Shown here: in pieces, positions 50,050-64,000 of the stretch
Layout: each line of letters opens with the position of its first letter
How positions within the stretch are numbered: position 1 is the first letter of the stretch
Assembly (NCBI RefSeq): GCF_009834535.1
Contig: NC_045696.1
Location: 34,598,001 to 34,662,000 of the forward strand
From: Camelus ferus
Taxonomy: Eukaryota
DNA: 64,000 bases
Reading direction: 5' to 3'
Made by a program: the position numbers and the translations under genes
The notes under the pieces: model-generated
The model's input: only the letters and a program-made list of their open reading frames with translations
What the model was told of the DNA's origin: nothing
The model's database searches: none

Positions 50050-51720
50050 ACCAGTGACCAAATAAACTGAATTTACAATTTCCATAAAGAAAAATAAAGG
50101 GACTCATGAAGTTAACAGAAAATGAGGTTAACATTCATGAAAAAAATCAGAACAATTGGAAAGCACAAAATAAAATATTAGCAATAAGTCCAAATAGATC
50201 AGTAGCCATAATAAAAGTAAATGGATTAAATTGCTGGCTAAAAGAAAAAAATAGACTTGATAAAATTTTTTTTAGCTAATAATATCACTGATGATCCATG
50301 TGAAAACACATGACCAGTCCAACCCCTATAGAAGTCACTTCCATATGGCTTAACAACCAAATGAGAAAGGCAAAAACTTCATCCCTTAGAAGATAATAAA
50401 GGATAACACATATGACCACAGATAAAGTAGCAGTTCTTCTTTTAATAGCTTTTTTTTGGGGGGGAGGGGTAATTAGGTTTTTTGCTTGTTTGTTTGTTTG
50501 TTTATTTTTACAGAGATACTGGGGACTGAACCTAGGATCTCATGCATGCTAAGCATGTACTCTACCAATAAGCTATGCTCTCCCTGCCCAAGAAGTATTT
50601 CTTAGACAAGACATAATAGCACAAACCACAAGGGGGAAAATGGTTAAATCAATTAAAAACACACACAATTATTTAATTTGTGTGAGGCATTATTGGACAC
50701 AATCAATATTAGCTATAATAATATTTTAAAAATTCTGTTTATCTAATGAAAACATAAAAAACCCACAAAGATAAGCCAAAGTTGAACAAAGATACTTGAA
50801 AATGTAAGTGTGATAAAGACTAGCATCCAGAATTTTTAAAAATCTTAAAATATATGTAAGGAAAAGATAAACTCAATTTAAAATTGGTAAAATAGATGAA
50901 TAGGCAATTTTTAGGAGAAGAAAGACAAGTGACTGATAAACTTGTTCAAGTTAATCAATAATCTGGAGAGTAGATTAAAACCACAGTAAGAAAGAAGTTG
51001 TATCTCTCAGATTAATAAAAATTTAAAAGCTCTGAAAACACCAGGTTTTGATGAGAATGTAGGAACAACAGGAATAATGCTGGGAGTGAATACTGGAACA
51101 AATCCTACAACTCCATGATTTAACTTCTAGGTATATAAACTCAGTAAAATCCTCTCAAATATATGTACAAGGAAATGGCTTTGGCAATTTTGTTTTTAAT
51201 AGTCAAAAAAAGTGGAAGCAGTTTGAATGTCTATCGACACAGAGAATGGATTAAAAATTGTGTATTATGATGATGAAACACTCTATATTAGTAAAAATCA
51301 ATGAGTTTAGGATCACATGTCTCAGCAAGGCTGAATGTTGATCACCTCCCCACCCTCACAACGTCCCCCTAAGTCACAGGATAAGATACACAGCATAATG
51401 AGATAACTTTAATAGATTAAAAAAATTAAAAAACTATTATATATTATCTAGAAATATACAGAATATGCATATAATTAGGAATATACATCTATATATTTCT
51501 ATATAAATATATGTTTATATGTACATATGTAAGTTATAAAGAATGCACATGAATGAGAAGTACCAAAATTATGATTATGGTTACCACTGAGAGAGAAGAG
51601 AGAGAGAGAGTAATTCCTTTGGGAAAGGGTATACCAATGTTCTCAACTATGTTTTTAATTCTTTATTTCTTAGTTATATTTCTCTCTCTATGTATTCTTA
51701 TATATATTTGAATTATTTCA
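50050..51720 (+). mobile_element. Ancient L1 (L1M) fragments
   Basis: A-rich degenerate ORF2 and 3'UTR motifs, e.g. AATGGATTAAATTG and ATGAATAGGCAATTT. Confidence 0.5.
50450..50589 (-). mobile_element. tRNA-derived camelid SINE (Vic-1-like)
   Basis: GATACTGGGGACTGAACCTAGGATCTCATGCATGCTAAGCATGTACTCTACCA, homologous to the copy at 17066-17141. Confidence 0.82.
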
Positions 51721-51899
51721 AAAATACATGTGTTTTGAAGAACTCTAAGAGTTGGGGGAGGGTGGGGAAATCAACTTTGGAGGGAATCAAGGAAGTTAAA
51801 AGCCAGTCAGAGAAGCAAAGGGATGAAAGGCCAGGATGGAAGTAAGGATGGCACCAGCGGGGAAGGTAACACCATGAGCTTCTGCCCTGAAACTAGCAG

Positions 51900-52720
51900 C
51901 CAACTTAGAGAATCAAAGATGGCTCAGTTCCACTTATGTGGAGACAGGTAAAGAACAGCAGGAAATGCAATTTAGGAAGCTCAGGAAAAGCATTGACCAC
52001 TAGGGTTTTATATTTTGTTCACATACAGTGGGAAGATATTTAGGGCTTTTTAGAAGGGAATTATAAGATTTGGTGTGTGCTTTAGAAATACTAAAATGGT
52101 ACACAATAAATCAAGACTTGGATTGTAACAATGATGAATTTGATATGTGAAGCACATTTAAGAAACCACTGCAATATTCCAGGCAAGAGATGATGGAGAG
52201 GTACCTGTAGCTAGGAGGGTGGCACTGGAAGTGGGAAAGAAAAGATGGGTGTGAGAATGAATACTGAGATAAGAATGAAAAGATTCAGAGTCTAATTGAG
52301 CATGGGGTATGGGGATGATAAGTAAGATTCACAGATAACGCCAAACTCATTAATAGCAACAGAAATATCAGGAGGATGAGCTGACTTTGGAAAGAAAGTT
52401 CAGTTTTCAACACATTAAGTTTTATCTGTTCCTTATAAAGATATCGAGAAGGTAGCTGAGAACTGTGCATCTGGTAAATGGCGATATTAAAAGACACTTA
52501 GCATCCAAAGGAAACAAGAAAACATTGGTGAGATGGAATCTTCTGGAATGACTATTTTTAGGATGCTGAAAGAGAATGAGGAGGAGTTGCATAAGCAGTG
52601 CTAAGAAAGGAACTAAGTAGGTGGTTACAGCATCACGAAGCCAGGTGAAGAACTAGAACTGAATTTAATGATTCAAAGGTCACTGGTGCCTGTTGACAGA
52701 GTGGTTTTAAAAGAATGGCC
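51900..52720 (-). mobile_element. L2 fragment
   Basis: ACCACTGCAATATTCCAGGCAAGAGATGATGG; AGTTCAGTTTTCAACACATTAAGTTT. Confidence 0.55.
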
Positions 52721-55387
52721 AAAAATGTAATGCATTGTTTAAAAACTCTAACAAAGTTCTGATTATAAATTAGTTTTTAAGCATTTCTAGAATTTTAATC
52801 AATAATGTAATCCGGTTCCATTTCTTTGATTGTTTCTTATTTCCCTTTCTATTTAACACTGTTCTAGGGATTTTCCCATTTTAAGGGCATTTACCATCAA
52901 TAATTTCCAGAAATAGTTATAGGAATAATAAAGTGTAATCTAATAGTTCCATTGACAGAGGCATTTTCCAAAGCTTTAAGGTTTTAAATATGACTTTTCT
53001 CCTGTAATTTTAGTGATAATGTCTATTATGTTCACCTATTTTAGCTATATCTATGGAATTAATGGAATTAGTTTGTGGTTTTCTTTTAATCAGAATATAA
53101 TCTATCAGCATTTGAAATAATCAGTCCCTCAGATATAATTTTGGTATTCCACATACTCAAGTCTTTTATCTACAACATTTGTATGGTCTAGTTCATATTT
53201 TTACAGACTCACAGTTACTTTTTATTTAAAGTACTTCTCTAAAAAAGTCATAGTAAATCCTAAATATTTGGCATTTGGTTTAAACATATATGTTTGTTAT
53301 TATTTATTATAATTATTAATACAATAAAAACATTAATTATTATTTTAACTTGCAGAATCATCAGAGCATCTTAAATCTGGAAGAGGCCTTAGAGAAAATT
53401 AATTTGCATCACTTGACATATGAGTAATGAAAATCCCAGAAAGATTAAGAAACTAGATAAAAGTCACATGGCATGTTAACACATCACAGGTGACTCAGAA
53501 TTATATAGTTACAAAGACCAACACATAATAAAATAATTATAAAATTATTTGCCTGTTTCAGTCATTCTCCACTATAGATATTGAATTACATTAGGAGCTG
53601 TTGAGGAAACAAAAGGAGATGGTAACATTGCTCCTTCCCTCTAGGAGGTACATACTTGGAAAAAATCTTTACTTTGCCATCTATAGAATCTAATATAGAA
53701 AGCTGTCATTGTTGGATGAAGGAAGAACGAATGAATTTAGTTAACAAAATAGCTTTTCTCTATTACGTAGTAAAATTACTAACAGACAAATCAATCAAGG
53801 GATTTTATAGATTAATACTTTTTAAACAAAGCAGTCAAACTTATTATCAAGTGCCAGATGCTTTAAGAGTTCGCTTCAACTCAAAATTTTTTGTTGTCAA
53901 AAAGGCTTGACCAAGGAGGATTGGTAAATTGAGCTAGATTTTTCTCCCTTTTTCCTTAATTTAGGGAACCTCTTTACATTTCACTCAAAAGAGGGGTGTG
54001 CACAAAGGCCTCTGAAATGAATATATATGAAAACAGTAAATCTTACATATTCAATTCAGTGGCACAGAGTTTTGAAATAACTATTAATTTTCAGCTTAAG
54101 GTTAGGACCCAGTTTATTGTATATTAGATAAATTTTGGGGAAAAGGGTAATGATTAATAAAGGAAATTACTACTAAAATAGAGGAAAAGAGATATAGTAT
54201 CGTTCCTACTTTTTCTAAATTATGTATTTGAGTTTTTTTAAAAATTGCTTTTGGATATGTGCAGGGTGAAAAACAGAGGAGCGGGCCATTAGAAAAGCAA
54301 CCACGGTAGGATGTTAAGCCATGATGATTAAGGTGGACTAATAAGATTAATTTTCGAGAAACTATTCAAATTCGTTCCATTTACTATCAGAAGAATGCTT
54401 GGGTGCATTGCCCTTACTTAAGACCTGAAAAGCATGCATTCCCACAGAGTAGTAAATGATTCTGGATCTGGCCACAGTGTGGAGATGTTGCGACACAGAT
54501 TCACCTTGCCATGCTGGTGGAATGCTGCATTTTCACACTGGAACTACGGGTTTCTGCTGCCTGCACTGCTTTTCCTTTCCATTCTATAACATCTTATCAA
54601 AGTACTAAACCAGTGCTTCCATTTTCTACTATAAGTTCATAAGTGTGTGTGGTACACTTTTTTGGGGAGAAGGAATATTAGAATTTCTATGCATCTGGTA
54701 TCCCTAAACCTTCACATATAATATGCTTTTAACCGATCTTCCATATTACAACCAGGAATCCACGTATTGCTAAGTGAATCAATTTCAATATATAGTATTC
54801 TTGAAAGACCCACTAGAGTATATAAAATAACAGTGGATACCACCAGAGTTCATGGAATTCATCTAAGAATGAAATGGCATTGGTTGTAAAAAGCATTCAT
54901 GAATTCACATGCAAATCAAGCTGTTTACTCATTCCACAAGCAGTCCCACTCTGTCCCAGGCACACTTCTTGGACACGGGGAGAGAGACGAAATAAACATG
55001 ATATCTCCCTACTGGAACAGAAATACATAATTACTATGTGAAATAAATGTAACAAAGAGAAAATAAAGAATATAATGAAATATTATAAGTTGATACAGAT
55101 GAGATGAGAGGAAGGAGAGAAGTGATAAGTTAGCCAGGTAGAACATGTTCCAGGCAGAGGGAACGGAATCTGGGGAGGTCCTCAGGCGGGCAGGGGTTTG
55201 GCAAGGTCAACAGGCTGAAATGATGTTAGTAGGTTAATAGGGCTTGAACCTCTTGTGGGTGATGGGCTGAGAGTGGCAGGAGATGACCTGTCATGTCAGC
55301 AGAGGCCAGAAGATTAGGAACCTGAGTGAGATGACAATGATTGTAGGTTTTGTTCCAGATTCTGTGAGAAGCCATTGGAGGGTTTAT

Positions 55388-55419
55388 GAGAGAGAGCGAG
55401 AGAGAGAGAGAGCGAGCGA
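55388..55419 (+). repeat. Imperfect (GA)n microsatellite
   Basis: GAGAGAGAGCGAGAGAGAGAGAGAGCGAGCGA. Confidence 0.85.
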
Positions 55420-56329
55420 GGTTAGCTTTACACTTCCGGCTGTACTATGTAAATTCCAACTCTAAACATTAAAAACTTAAGGATTTTTTTTTTTACTAGT
55501 TTTCTTTTTCTTCAATTTTATATTTCTTTTCCCAGAAAACACCTTGCACAGGAGATGCTTATATTTTAAGGAATAGAGCTTTCTGAGTAAAAAAAAAAAA
55601 AAATCCCTTTGAAAATATGTTTGATGATGGTGATAATATTTCACTTTTTTATTGCAACATAATTCTCCATTCAGCCATGGGTTTGTGTAATTTGATAGTT
55701 GAAAAGAATTTACCTTTATTTGAAAAAAAATTGGATCTTTAAACTACTAAACTATATTTTAGCAGTGTTCATTAAATTTATTATTCAGGGGAAAAAAGAA
55801 TTTTAAAAAATCCCAACCACTGCATTCAATACATAATTTGCAGGAATGTAGATCCTTTAAACTGAGCTGAGTATCTTTCGGCAGGCAGTGAGAAAGCCTC
55901 GGTTCTTCTCTATAGAATGAGTTTGCTATGTCATTCTACATGAACTATTTACAGTCTTTTGCACTCTGAGAATTTCAGCACCTACATTACCCCACAGTGC
56001 ATCCTGGAAAGTGATTGTTATGTGCTGAAGTGACTGAAGGTGCATCAGAATTGGCTACATGTTTTTCTAAATAGTTAAATATCATCCACCTTTACCAGCT
56101 GCAAAGCTGCAACATAAAGGGAATAAGAAACAATGATAAATAGTGGATAATAATTACAGGGATGAAATTCAGACACGGAGTTCTCTCAAATTGACTCCAC
56201 TTGCAACTAACCCTCAGGATAAAAAGAAAATTTATAGAAATAAATGCATGGGAAACTTGTTTCAAAAACATACAGGTTTGAAGGGATTAATTTGTTTAAT
56301 TTTTTTAAATGACATTTTAAATAAATTGG

Positions 56330-58200
56330 AGATGAAAGTCTCTTGTATTTGCCCACATACCATTTTTGAGATGCTCTTCTTTCCTTTGTGAAGATTCAAG
56401 TTGTCATCTGGTAGGTATCATTTTTCTTCTGCCTGTTCTATTGCATGATCATTTTTCTGGCTCTGGACTGCTAACTGAATTCTTTCAGTGCTTTTTTTTT
56501 TGGTAATTTCACTTTTGGATATTTACTCTGAGTGCAAGATTCTAAATTGACTTTTTCTTTCCTTTCAGCATGTTAAAATGTAGCTTTGATGCAGGAAAAA
56601 CGGATGTGGGGCACGAGGAGGGCCATGTTCCAGGCTTCAGTTGAGATCCTGGGATGTGCCCCGCCAAGTGTAGGTCCTTGGCTTCACTCAGGAAAGAATT
56701 TAAGAGTGAGCCACAGTTGAATAAAGGTAGATTGATTCAGAGAGATACATTGTAAGGTAAGAGAAAAGCCACGAGGTGTGGGTTTTGGGAGCTCAGATTA
56801 AAAGTAGGTACACATTCCATAGAGTGTGGGCCATCTCTGTAGAGGGAGAGAGAGGGTGCGGCAGCAGCGAGGCACCGAGGCACCGTGCTGCCAGTTTTTA
56901 TGGGCTCAGTGGCTTCATATGCTAATAAGTGGAAGGATCAGTCTAACTAGTCTGGAGAAGGGGCTGGGATTCCGAGGAAGTTGGCCATTTCCCACTCTTT
57001 GACCTTCTGTAGCTAGCCTTGGGACTGCCATGGTGCCTGTGGGCATGTTATTCACCATGCTAATATATTACAATGGGCATATAATGAAGCTCAAGGTCTA
57101 CTAAAAGTTAAATCTCCCACCATCTTGGGCCTCAAGGTCTACTGGGGTTTTAATCTTTCACCATTTCGATGTTAATTGCTGTAGCATTCCTTGAATGGCT
57201 GTGCCCTGCCACCTTCCTGTCTCAGCTTCATTCTTATTTTTGACAAGGAGAAGTCTGAAATCATTCTGATCTCTGCCTTCTATACATTATGAATTTTTCC
57301 TTCCCTCTGGCTGCTTTTAAGACTTTCTCTTTATCAGTTGTTTTTAGAATTTAGCTATGATGTTCTCGGTGTAGTTTCCTTGTCTTTTTATCTTGCTTAG
57401 GATTTGTTAAGCTTTGTGAATCTGTGCATTTACAGTTTTTATCAGATTTAGAAAAAATTTTCTGCTGTCATTTCTTCAAATATTTTTTTTATTCTATCCT
57501 TTCCTTTCATATTTTTTCCCCACCCCTAGACACCATAAACACAGGTTAGGTTGCTTGATATTGTCCCACAGGACAGTGAGGCTCTGTTTATTTATTTATT
57601 TATTTTTCCACTTAGTTTTCTGTGTTTTGGGGATAATTTCTATTGCAATGTCTTCCAGTTTACTTTTCTTTCCACCTCCCAAACTGTTCAACTTGCTGAC
57701 AACCGCTTCCAATGAAATGTTCATGACTAGACAGTATTTTTCATTTCTAGAAGTCTCATTGGGTGTTTTTTATATCTTCCAGTTCTTTCTTCATTATACT
57801 TATGTTCTCTTTTAAACCCTGAGCATATTGACAATATTTATTGTAGCTGCTTTAAAGTCTTTGCCCACTAATTCCATCATCTCTGTCATCCCTTGGACTG
57901 TTTCATTATTTTGCAGATTAAGAGTTATATTTTCCTATTTCTTGGTGCATTTAGTAATTTTTGATTGGATGCTAGACATGGCTAATTTCTCATTGTTGAG
58001 TGCTAGATTTTGTTGCATCCTTTAATATGTTCTATACATTTTGTTCTGGCAAGCAGTTACATTACCTGCAAACAACTGTGATCTGTTCAAGCCTTGTTTT
58101 TTTCAAGCCTCATTTTTGGGTGGGTAAGGGTAGCCATTCTCTTGGACTAGTTTATCCCCAACATAAAGGGTAGTCTTTTCCAGGGACTCCTATAGACACC
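56330..58200 (-). mobile_element. Old L1 fragment interrupted by a solo LTR
   Basis: T-rich antisense ORF1/5'-region motifs such as CTCTGGCTGCTTTTAAGA and CATTTCTTCAAATATTTTTT. Confidence 0.65.
56587..57224 (-). mobile_element. Solo LTR, ERV1 class (MER41-like), 638 bp
   Basis: TG...CA termini and a 4-bp TSD GCTT (56583-56586 and 57225-57228). Minus-strand CATAAAAA TATA-like box and U5-like CTCACTCTTAAATTCTTTCCTG. Confidence 0.85.
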
Positions 58201-58202
58201 CA

Positions 58203-58608
58203 GTATATTAGTCTGCTTGGGCTGTGATCACAGAACACCACAGACTAGGTAGCTTAAACAACAGAGATTAACTTTTCTGTTCTAGAGCCTAGAAGTCCAA
58301 GATCAAGGTGCTGGCAGGGTCGGTTTCTGGTGAGAGTTCTCTTCTTGGTTTGCAGATGGATACCTTCTCACTGTGTTCTCATATAGCCTTTTCTCTGTGC
58401 ATGTTCTGAGAGAGATTGACTCTCTGGTGTCTCTTCCTCTTCTTATATATATAAGAGCACCGGCACTACTGGTTTACAGCCTCTCCCTTATGACCTCATT
58501 TAATCTTAATTATTTCCTAAAATGCCCTATCTCCACATACAGTCACATTGGGGGTTAGGGCTTCAACATATAAATATTGGTTGGGGGACACAATTCAGTC
58601 CATAAAAC
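58203..58608 (-). mobile_element. MLT1A/B-like MaLR LTR
   Basis: TATTAGTCTGCTTGGGCTG...AGAAGTCCAAGATCAAGGTGCTGGCAGGG...GGACACAATTCAGTCCATAA. Confidence 0.85.
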
Positions 58609-59134
58609 CAGTATATTCAATGAGGTTTCTCCACTTTGGCTGGTGTTTTACCCTATACATGTTCATATTAATTTTAATTCAAAGATGTCATTCATATCTC
58701 TATATGTAGAGTCTAGATATATCGAAAAGGCAAGATATATCTGTTTTGTTAATCTAGATATACTAGGTCAAACTGTGGTTCCACTAACAGCCCCTAAAAC
58801 CTACAAATTAAGTTCAATTAAAATCTAACATGAAATCCTTACAAATAAAATTCAATCTCACAACAGTAAAAATGTTGTGAAATATATTGTGAAAAATTGC
58901 CTCCAGTTGATATAACCACCGCTGTAATGTATCCTGATTGACGAAACGTGAAAATAATGAAGCTCTTTGTTAGACAACTGAATTTCACTGATCTCATGAA
59001 CATTCTACAGTAATGTCACTCAACCTTTTGTGCAAGTGAGAATTACACAGATATAAGTAACTGTAGGGAGTGGATCTGCGTTTAAAAAGTTGTACAGGTG
59101 ACAATGATGCACAAATGTTGAGAATTACTATTCT

Positions 59135-59305
59135 AGAGTTCCAGCTTGAGTGTACATCAGAGTCATCTGGAGGCCTTGTTAAAACACAGATCGCCAAGGC
59201 TCACTCCCTAGACTCTGATTCACTAGGTCTGAGCAGGGCCTGTCTAACAATTTCCCAGGTGATGCAGCTGCTGCTAGTTCTGGAACCATCCCTTGAGAAC
59301 CACTG
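59135..59305. mobile_element. MER5A-like hAT element
   Basis: CATCAGAGTCATCTGGAGGCCTTGTTAAAACACAGAT...CTTGAGAACCACTG. Confidence 0.8.
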
Positions 59306-61857
59306 TTTTACAGCACAGTTATTTGTGCTACTTAACTCTGGCAATAGTAATTTTTCGAACAAAAGATTTTATTAATAATATAAGTATGAAAGGACCATGT
59401 GTTATAATCAAAGAAGTATGGCAACTAGAATCAAAACAGAAACAAAACACTTTAGTTCAGATCTTGTTTAACCCTAACCAAAAAGTAATTTTGTGTCTCT
59501 GAATCTGATTCATCATCTGTAGAAAGAAAGTTATCTTATATGATTAGCTACCTTAGTAACATTTAAATTAATTAATTTTCAGCAGTAAAGACTTTCACTC
59601 CACCTCTTCCCTCATACACGCTTCACTGAAAAAAAAAATATAGTGATAGTGTATGGACCCTTTTAACTAAAAAGGCTCTAAACAATTAAGGCAAAAGTCA
59701 CTGGAGGACCCTTTATTGGGGTTTCCGGAGCATAGCAATCATTTGAATCTTCTTAGTCAATTCTGGAATAGTCCCTGAGAAGCACAGTAGGCCCTGAGTT
59801 CTTATTGGGTAGATTACATCTTAGAGCTCTTTAACCCATTCTTAGACACATACGTTCTGGATTTACTTTAACATTAACCAAAACTTTGTAGTTTCTGATA
59901 ATTTGAGGAAGAATTAGGAATCTAGCCACCATGATTATTTCAGGCTGAACTGAAAACATTTATATCAATTTTATTGAACTTTCTGGCTTATTTTTCATCA
60001 TTTATGAGAAATAAACACGACTCCACTTGAGAGTCTGTTTGAAAGCTCTGCCAGTAAGATGCATCAGTCATTAGAGGCTGTTTCTCAAGACAGACATGTT
60101 ACACAATATTCTTTACTACATTTTCCCCTGGAAGGATGTGTAATGTATGTTACCACTTCTGTCATTTAGGGTATGGATCATGCTTAGCATGACATTTGGT
60201 GGGATCCTAGTTGTGTGGTATATTTATAGGCATCTAACCGGATGAATAACATCTGATGAGTTCAAAGCACACACATTAATGGTGACATGGACATCTTTCT
60301 GAATAAACTACAAAAATAAATCCAAATTCTGTGGTAACGCTTCCATCTGTCTTGTGATAGTCATTACTGTAGAATATCATACAGTGGTATCACAAATGTT
60401 ATGTCTCTGGAGCATCATGTAACCTTGCGATCTGAAGTATCTAAAGAACCAAAAAAGAGTAAAGGCTATAATTAAAAATAAGCCCCAAGAAATAGTTTCC
60501 ATGTGGTTGCGAGAAGCCCTTGAGCACAGCTGGAAAATTTCAGGCTAAAGTATGTTGGAACAATGGTTTACAGAGGAAAGTAGCTGGGTTTGTGGTTACA
60601 TTTGGAAGTGAAATTTCCTTGCTTGGTCAGAATAGCAAACTAGGTATAAAGTTGAGAAGAATATTCCCTAAAGAAGATTGTCACTCCCTGAATTACAAAG
60701 AGAAATATAATAGAAGGTGATTTCTTAAATGAGAGTATGGGCTTATACTCACATTAAGCATAGCTTAAGAATAGTCTATCTTGTACAAATAAAAGTTTCA
60801 AGGTGTAAAGAAAAATACAGATTTATTGAATAATAAAGGGTTGAAGAATCCAAAATTTGGGAGAGGAGATTAGGATTTTAGTATAAAGTTGTAAAAGAAA
60901 GTTACATTTTAAAATTTTAGGGTACAAATCTTTCTTTTTAGTATTTGAATAAACACCCCAATGTGGCCAAAATCAACTCACTGCTTCCTTCCAGATTTGT
61001 TGCCTCTTGTGCATTTCCTTTTTTGTTGTTATTGTTACTGGCATCTTCTTCCTTCAAACCATTTACTTTTGAAATTTTGGTGTTAATTTTTACTTCTCCC
61101 TCTATTCATCTTTCATAGTAAATCAATTATTAATTTCTTTCAACTCGACTGCTAATAGGCATTCACAGCCATATCTATTTTAAAAATTGTTTTAAGATGT
61201 GGGATTATTGAAAATACTCTTAAAAGAAATGCCAGGCAAGCTGAAAAGTACTGTGAAGTTGTAGTTTTCAGGTGTGGATAATCACTTGGAAATGGGAGGG
61301 GGTCGGGATGGTTAATTTGTGGTTGATGAAATTTTTAAGAAATCAATGCACTGAAAAGCTAGAGTGGAATCCAGGAGTTGGAAAAGAAACACTGAAAACA
61401 GATGTGTGGCAGGCACATGTGGGCAATCATGAATAATATTTTGGATGATAGGAGTGCATTTTAGAACAAGAATGTATACTGTTGCTGGCAAGCAGTATTC
61501 TCAAACTCTTAAAAAGAATTCCTAATATGGGTCTATCTGGGGTAAAAATGAAATCTCCCTTTCTAAGAAAGTAGCTTCAATCAATATTTTTTCAACCTTC
61601 AGACATATTAATAAATTGTTTAGTTGTCAGAACACAGTGCTGGAGATTTTGTTCAATTTTTTTGAAGAATGATAAAATTTTTATTGCTGCTGAAAAGGAA
61701 CTTAAAACCTGGAGCAATCTATAGTTACTTGTCTTGATGTGCAAACTGGCTCAGTGGTTAGGATATTAATTTATGACAAAGTTAAGTACTTTGTTAGAGA
61801 TCCAAATCATCATGTAAGTTCCGCGAGTCACTCGATGGGCATTAGGATTGTTCCTAG

Positions 61858-62458
61858 TTGTGTTAGTTTTCTATTGCTGTGGAACAAATTAGCACAAATT
61901 GAGCAGTTTAAAACAAAACTCATTCATTACTCACAGTTCTGTAAGTCCAAAATCTGGGATGGCACGGCTAGGGTTTTCTGCCCAGGGTCCCACAAGGCTG
62001 AACACAGGGTATCAGCCGGCCTTGTTCTCATCTGGAGCGAGCATCTCCCCATAATTCCTGTTATTGGCAAAATTCACTTCCTTGTGGTTGTAGTAGAAAG
62101 GTCCCCATTTTCATGTTGGCCATCAGTGGGCAGCTGTCCTTATCTCCATGAGACCATCTGCATTCCTTCTTAAGTGCCTCCTTCCACCCTTATAATAGCA
62201 AGTCCTTCTCATGCCTCAGTTTACTCTGACTTCCTCTGCTGCCATCAGCTGGAGAAAGCTCTCTGCTTTAAAAGGTTCCTGTGATCAGATCAGGCCCACC
62301 TGGAAGATCTCCCCATCTTAAAGTCAACTGCGCCACAGAGCATAACCTAATCACAGGAATGATACTGCCACCACATTCACAGGCTCTGTGGGTTACGGGT
62401 GTGTGTGTATGTGGCAGGGGTTGGGGTGGGGTGCATTTTAGAAATTTTGCCTGCCACA
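61858..62458 (-). mobile_element. MLT1E/F-like MaLR LTR
   Basis: TTAGTTTTCTATTGCTG...ACTCACAGTTCTGTAAGTC...TTAGAAATTTTGCCTGCCACA. Confidence 0.78.
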
Positions 62459-62965
62459 CCTGTGTGATGTCAGCAATGGAATAGTGAGGGGTGGATCACA
62501 GTGTGATCCAGTAAGAGAGACAGGCAGGATGGGATTGTTCTTCCTCCTGGAGCTGCGGTACACTGTTGTCTCATTTTCAATTGATTTAAATTAAAAACCA
62601 AATGCATCAGAAAAGCGAAATACATTCTGTTTGCAAGACCAGAATGCCCTGATTAAACGAGAGTTAATAATGCAGGAATCAATCATCTTCAAAGAATTAG
62701 AGTACAGTTCATTAGGATGACATTTAACAAAATGAATAGGGAGATGTTTTTGATAAATTTGAAGACAATGAAGCTACCAAAATCTTATGCAACTATTCTC
62801 ATGATTCCAATAATCCATACATATTGGCCAAAGGATGGCAATGAGATAAAATAACTTACCATTCTTAGATATTTTCAGGGAGAAGCATAAGAATAAAAAT
62901 CTTGGATTGCCATAATTTCCCATGGTTTAAGAGAAAAATAGTGAATTGGAAAATATTGCTTTCTT

Positions 62966-63058
62966 CTTTTTTTTTCTTTAATGGAGGTACCAGGGATTGA
63001 ACCCAGGACCTCGTGCACGCTAAGTGCACATTCTATCACTGAGCTATACCCTCCCCCC
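62966..63058 (-). mobile_element. tRNA-derived camelid SINE (Vic-1-like), short form
   Basis: ATGGAGGTACCAGGGATTGAACCCAGGACC...CTGAGCTATACCCTCCCC; 14-bp TSD AATA(T/C)TGCTTTCTT at 62952 and 63063. Confidence 0.87.
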
Positions 63059-64000
63059 ATATAATACTGCTTTCTTAAGAAAGCTTTTCCTAATAAAATT
63101 AGTGGGCCTTTATAAGATTTCCTTACCAACATTTATATGTACTCCCTCACCTCCCTGCCCTACACATTGTGTTCTTATGAGTGCTATTTTAAAAGTCTCA
63201 TAGGAAATTTTTTTTTGCAACAAAACTTGGGCAGATTATGGTAATTATATAAACGATTATAATTCACAACAAAATTCCACATAGGACACATTCAAATGTA
63301 CACACATGATTCAATCTCCTGAATATGGCCTTTGGAGATGTTAATTTAATTATAAAATAAAATGTGAAATTACTAAAAAAAGTAAATCTGACTAAAAAAA
63401 ATGAGTAAATCTGTTTCTAGATTTAACCACAAATAGGTATCTTATTTTTTCTGCTTAGCAATGGATGAATAACTGATTTGAAAATTTTTAAGCTATTGAG
63501 CTGTAACTGAGTGAATTAAACCATTTCTATTTTATCATAGGAAATTCTGTGGTAACAGAAAAGGACAAAAGTTATTAAAAAGTTATAAGAGCTGGAAAAT
63601 TACAGACTGGAAGAGACTTATAGTGTGTGTCATGTATTTTGATGTAAAACTAATTTTAATGAGATTCAATTTATTATTTCTAAGGAATATTGTATAAGCA
63701 TTAGTTTTTTTTTTAATTTAATATTGTTATCATACTGGCCCCTACAAATCTAGCCTGATTGTCATCTATGAATCTCTCCCTAGAGTATTAAAGCCAAATT
63801 ATATTATAAATTGGTAACATTAATTATGCCATGGAAAAACAGAACCCTTTTCCTTCTTAAGTAGGAATATTTTTTAATTTTAATTTCACAGGTCAATTTT
63901 TGTTCTTATCATAATATATGATTCCATGAATATATTCTTATTCATGAGAAATTTTATTCAATTATCTCATTAAAAAATGCTATGTGAATCAAATTTAATG

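Noticed and set aside
61739..62173. 144-aa ORF
   Set aside because: It has a GTG start, lies mostly inside an MLT1 LTR, and shows no recognisable domain.

Overview
Mammalian genomic DNA, most likely camelid (three copies of a short tRNA-derived SINE resembling Vic-1). The first ~21 kb holds the 3' end of ZNF654 on + (coding exons 66-207, 3343-5690 and 6272-6279, plus a ~3.1 kb 3'UTR), a CpG-island promoter at ~14.1-15.0 kb, and the complete three-exon C3orf38 orthologue on + (~313 aa). The remaining ~43 kb is repeat-rich intergenic DNA (L1, L2, MIR, MER/hAT, Tigger, MLT1, a solo LTR), and the short ORFs there are noise or L1 remnants. I found no clearly new multi-gene system. The most notable observations are: (1) a 1-nt insertion frameshifting ZNF654 at 5118-5119; (2) candidate minus-strand exons that fit a CGGBP1-type antisense transcript, one covering ZNF654's last splice donor; (3) a frameshifted fossil C-terminal tail in C3orf38; (4) ORF1-only half-L1 elements, one with a perfect 12-bp TSD; (5) a tailless 5'-half tRNA-Arg(TCT) retrocopy; (6) a templated inverted insertion forming a ~200-nt hairpin. 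Gene and repeat names come from my recall of family sequences, not from a search, and old-repeat boundaries are approximate.
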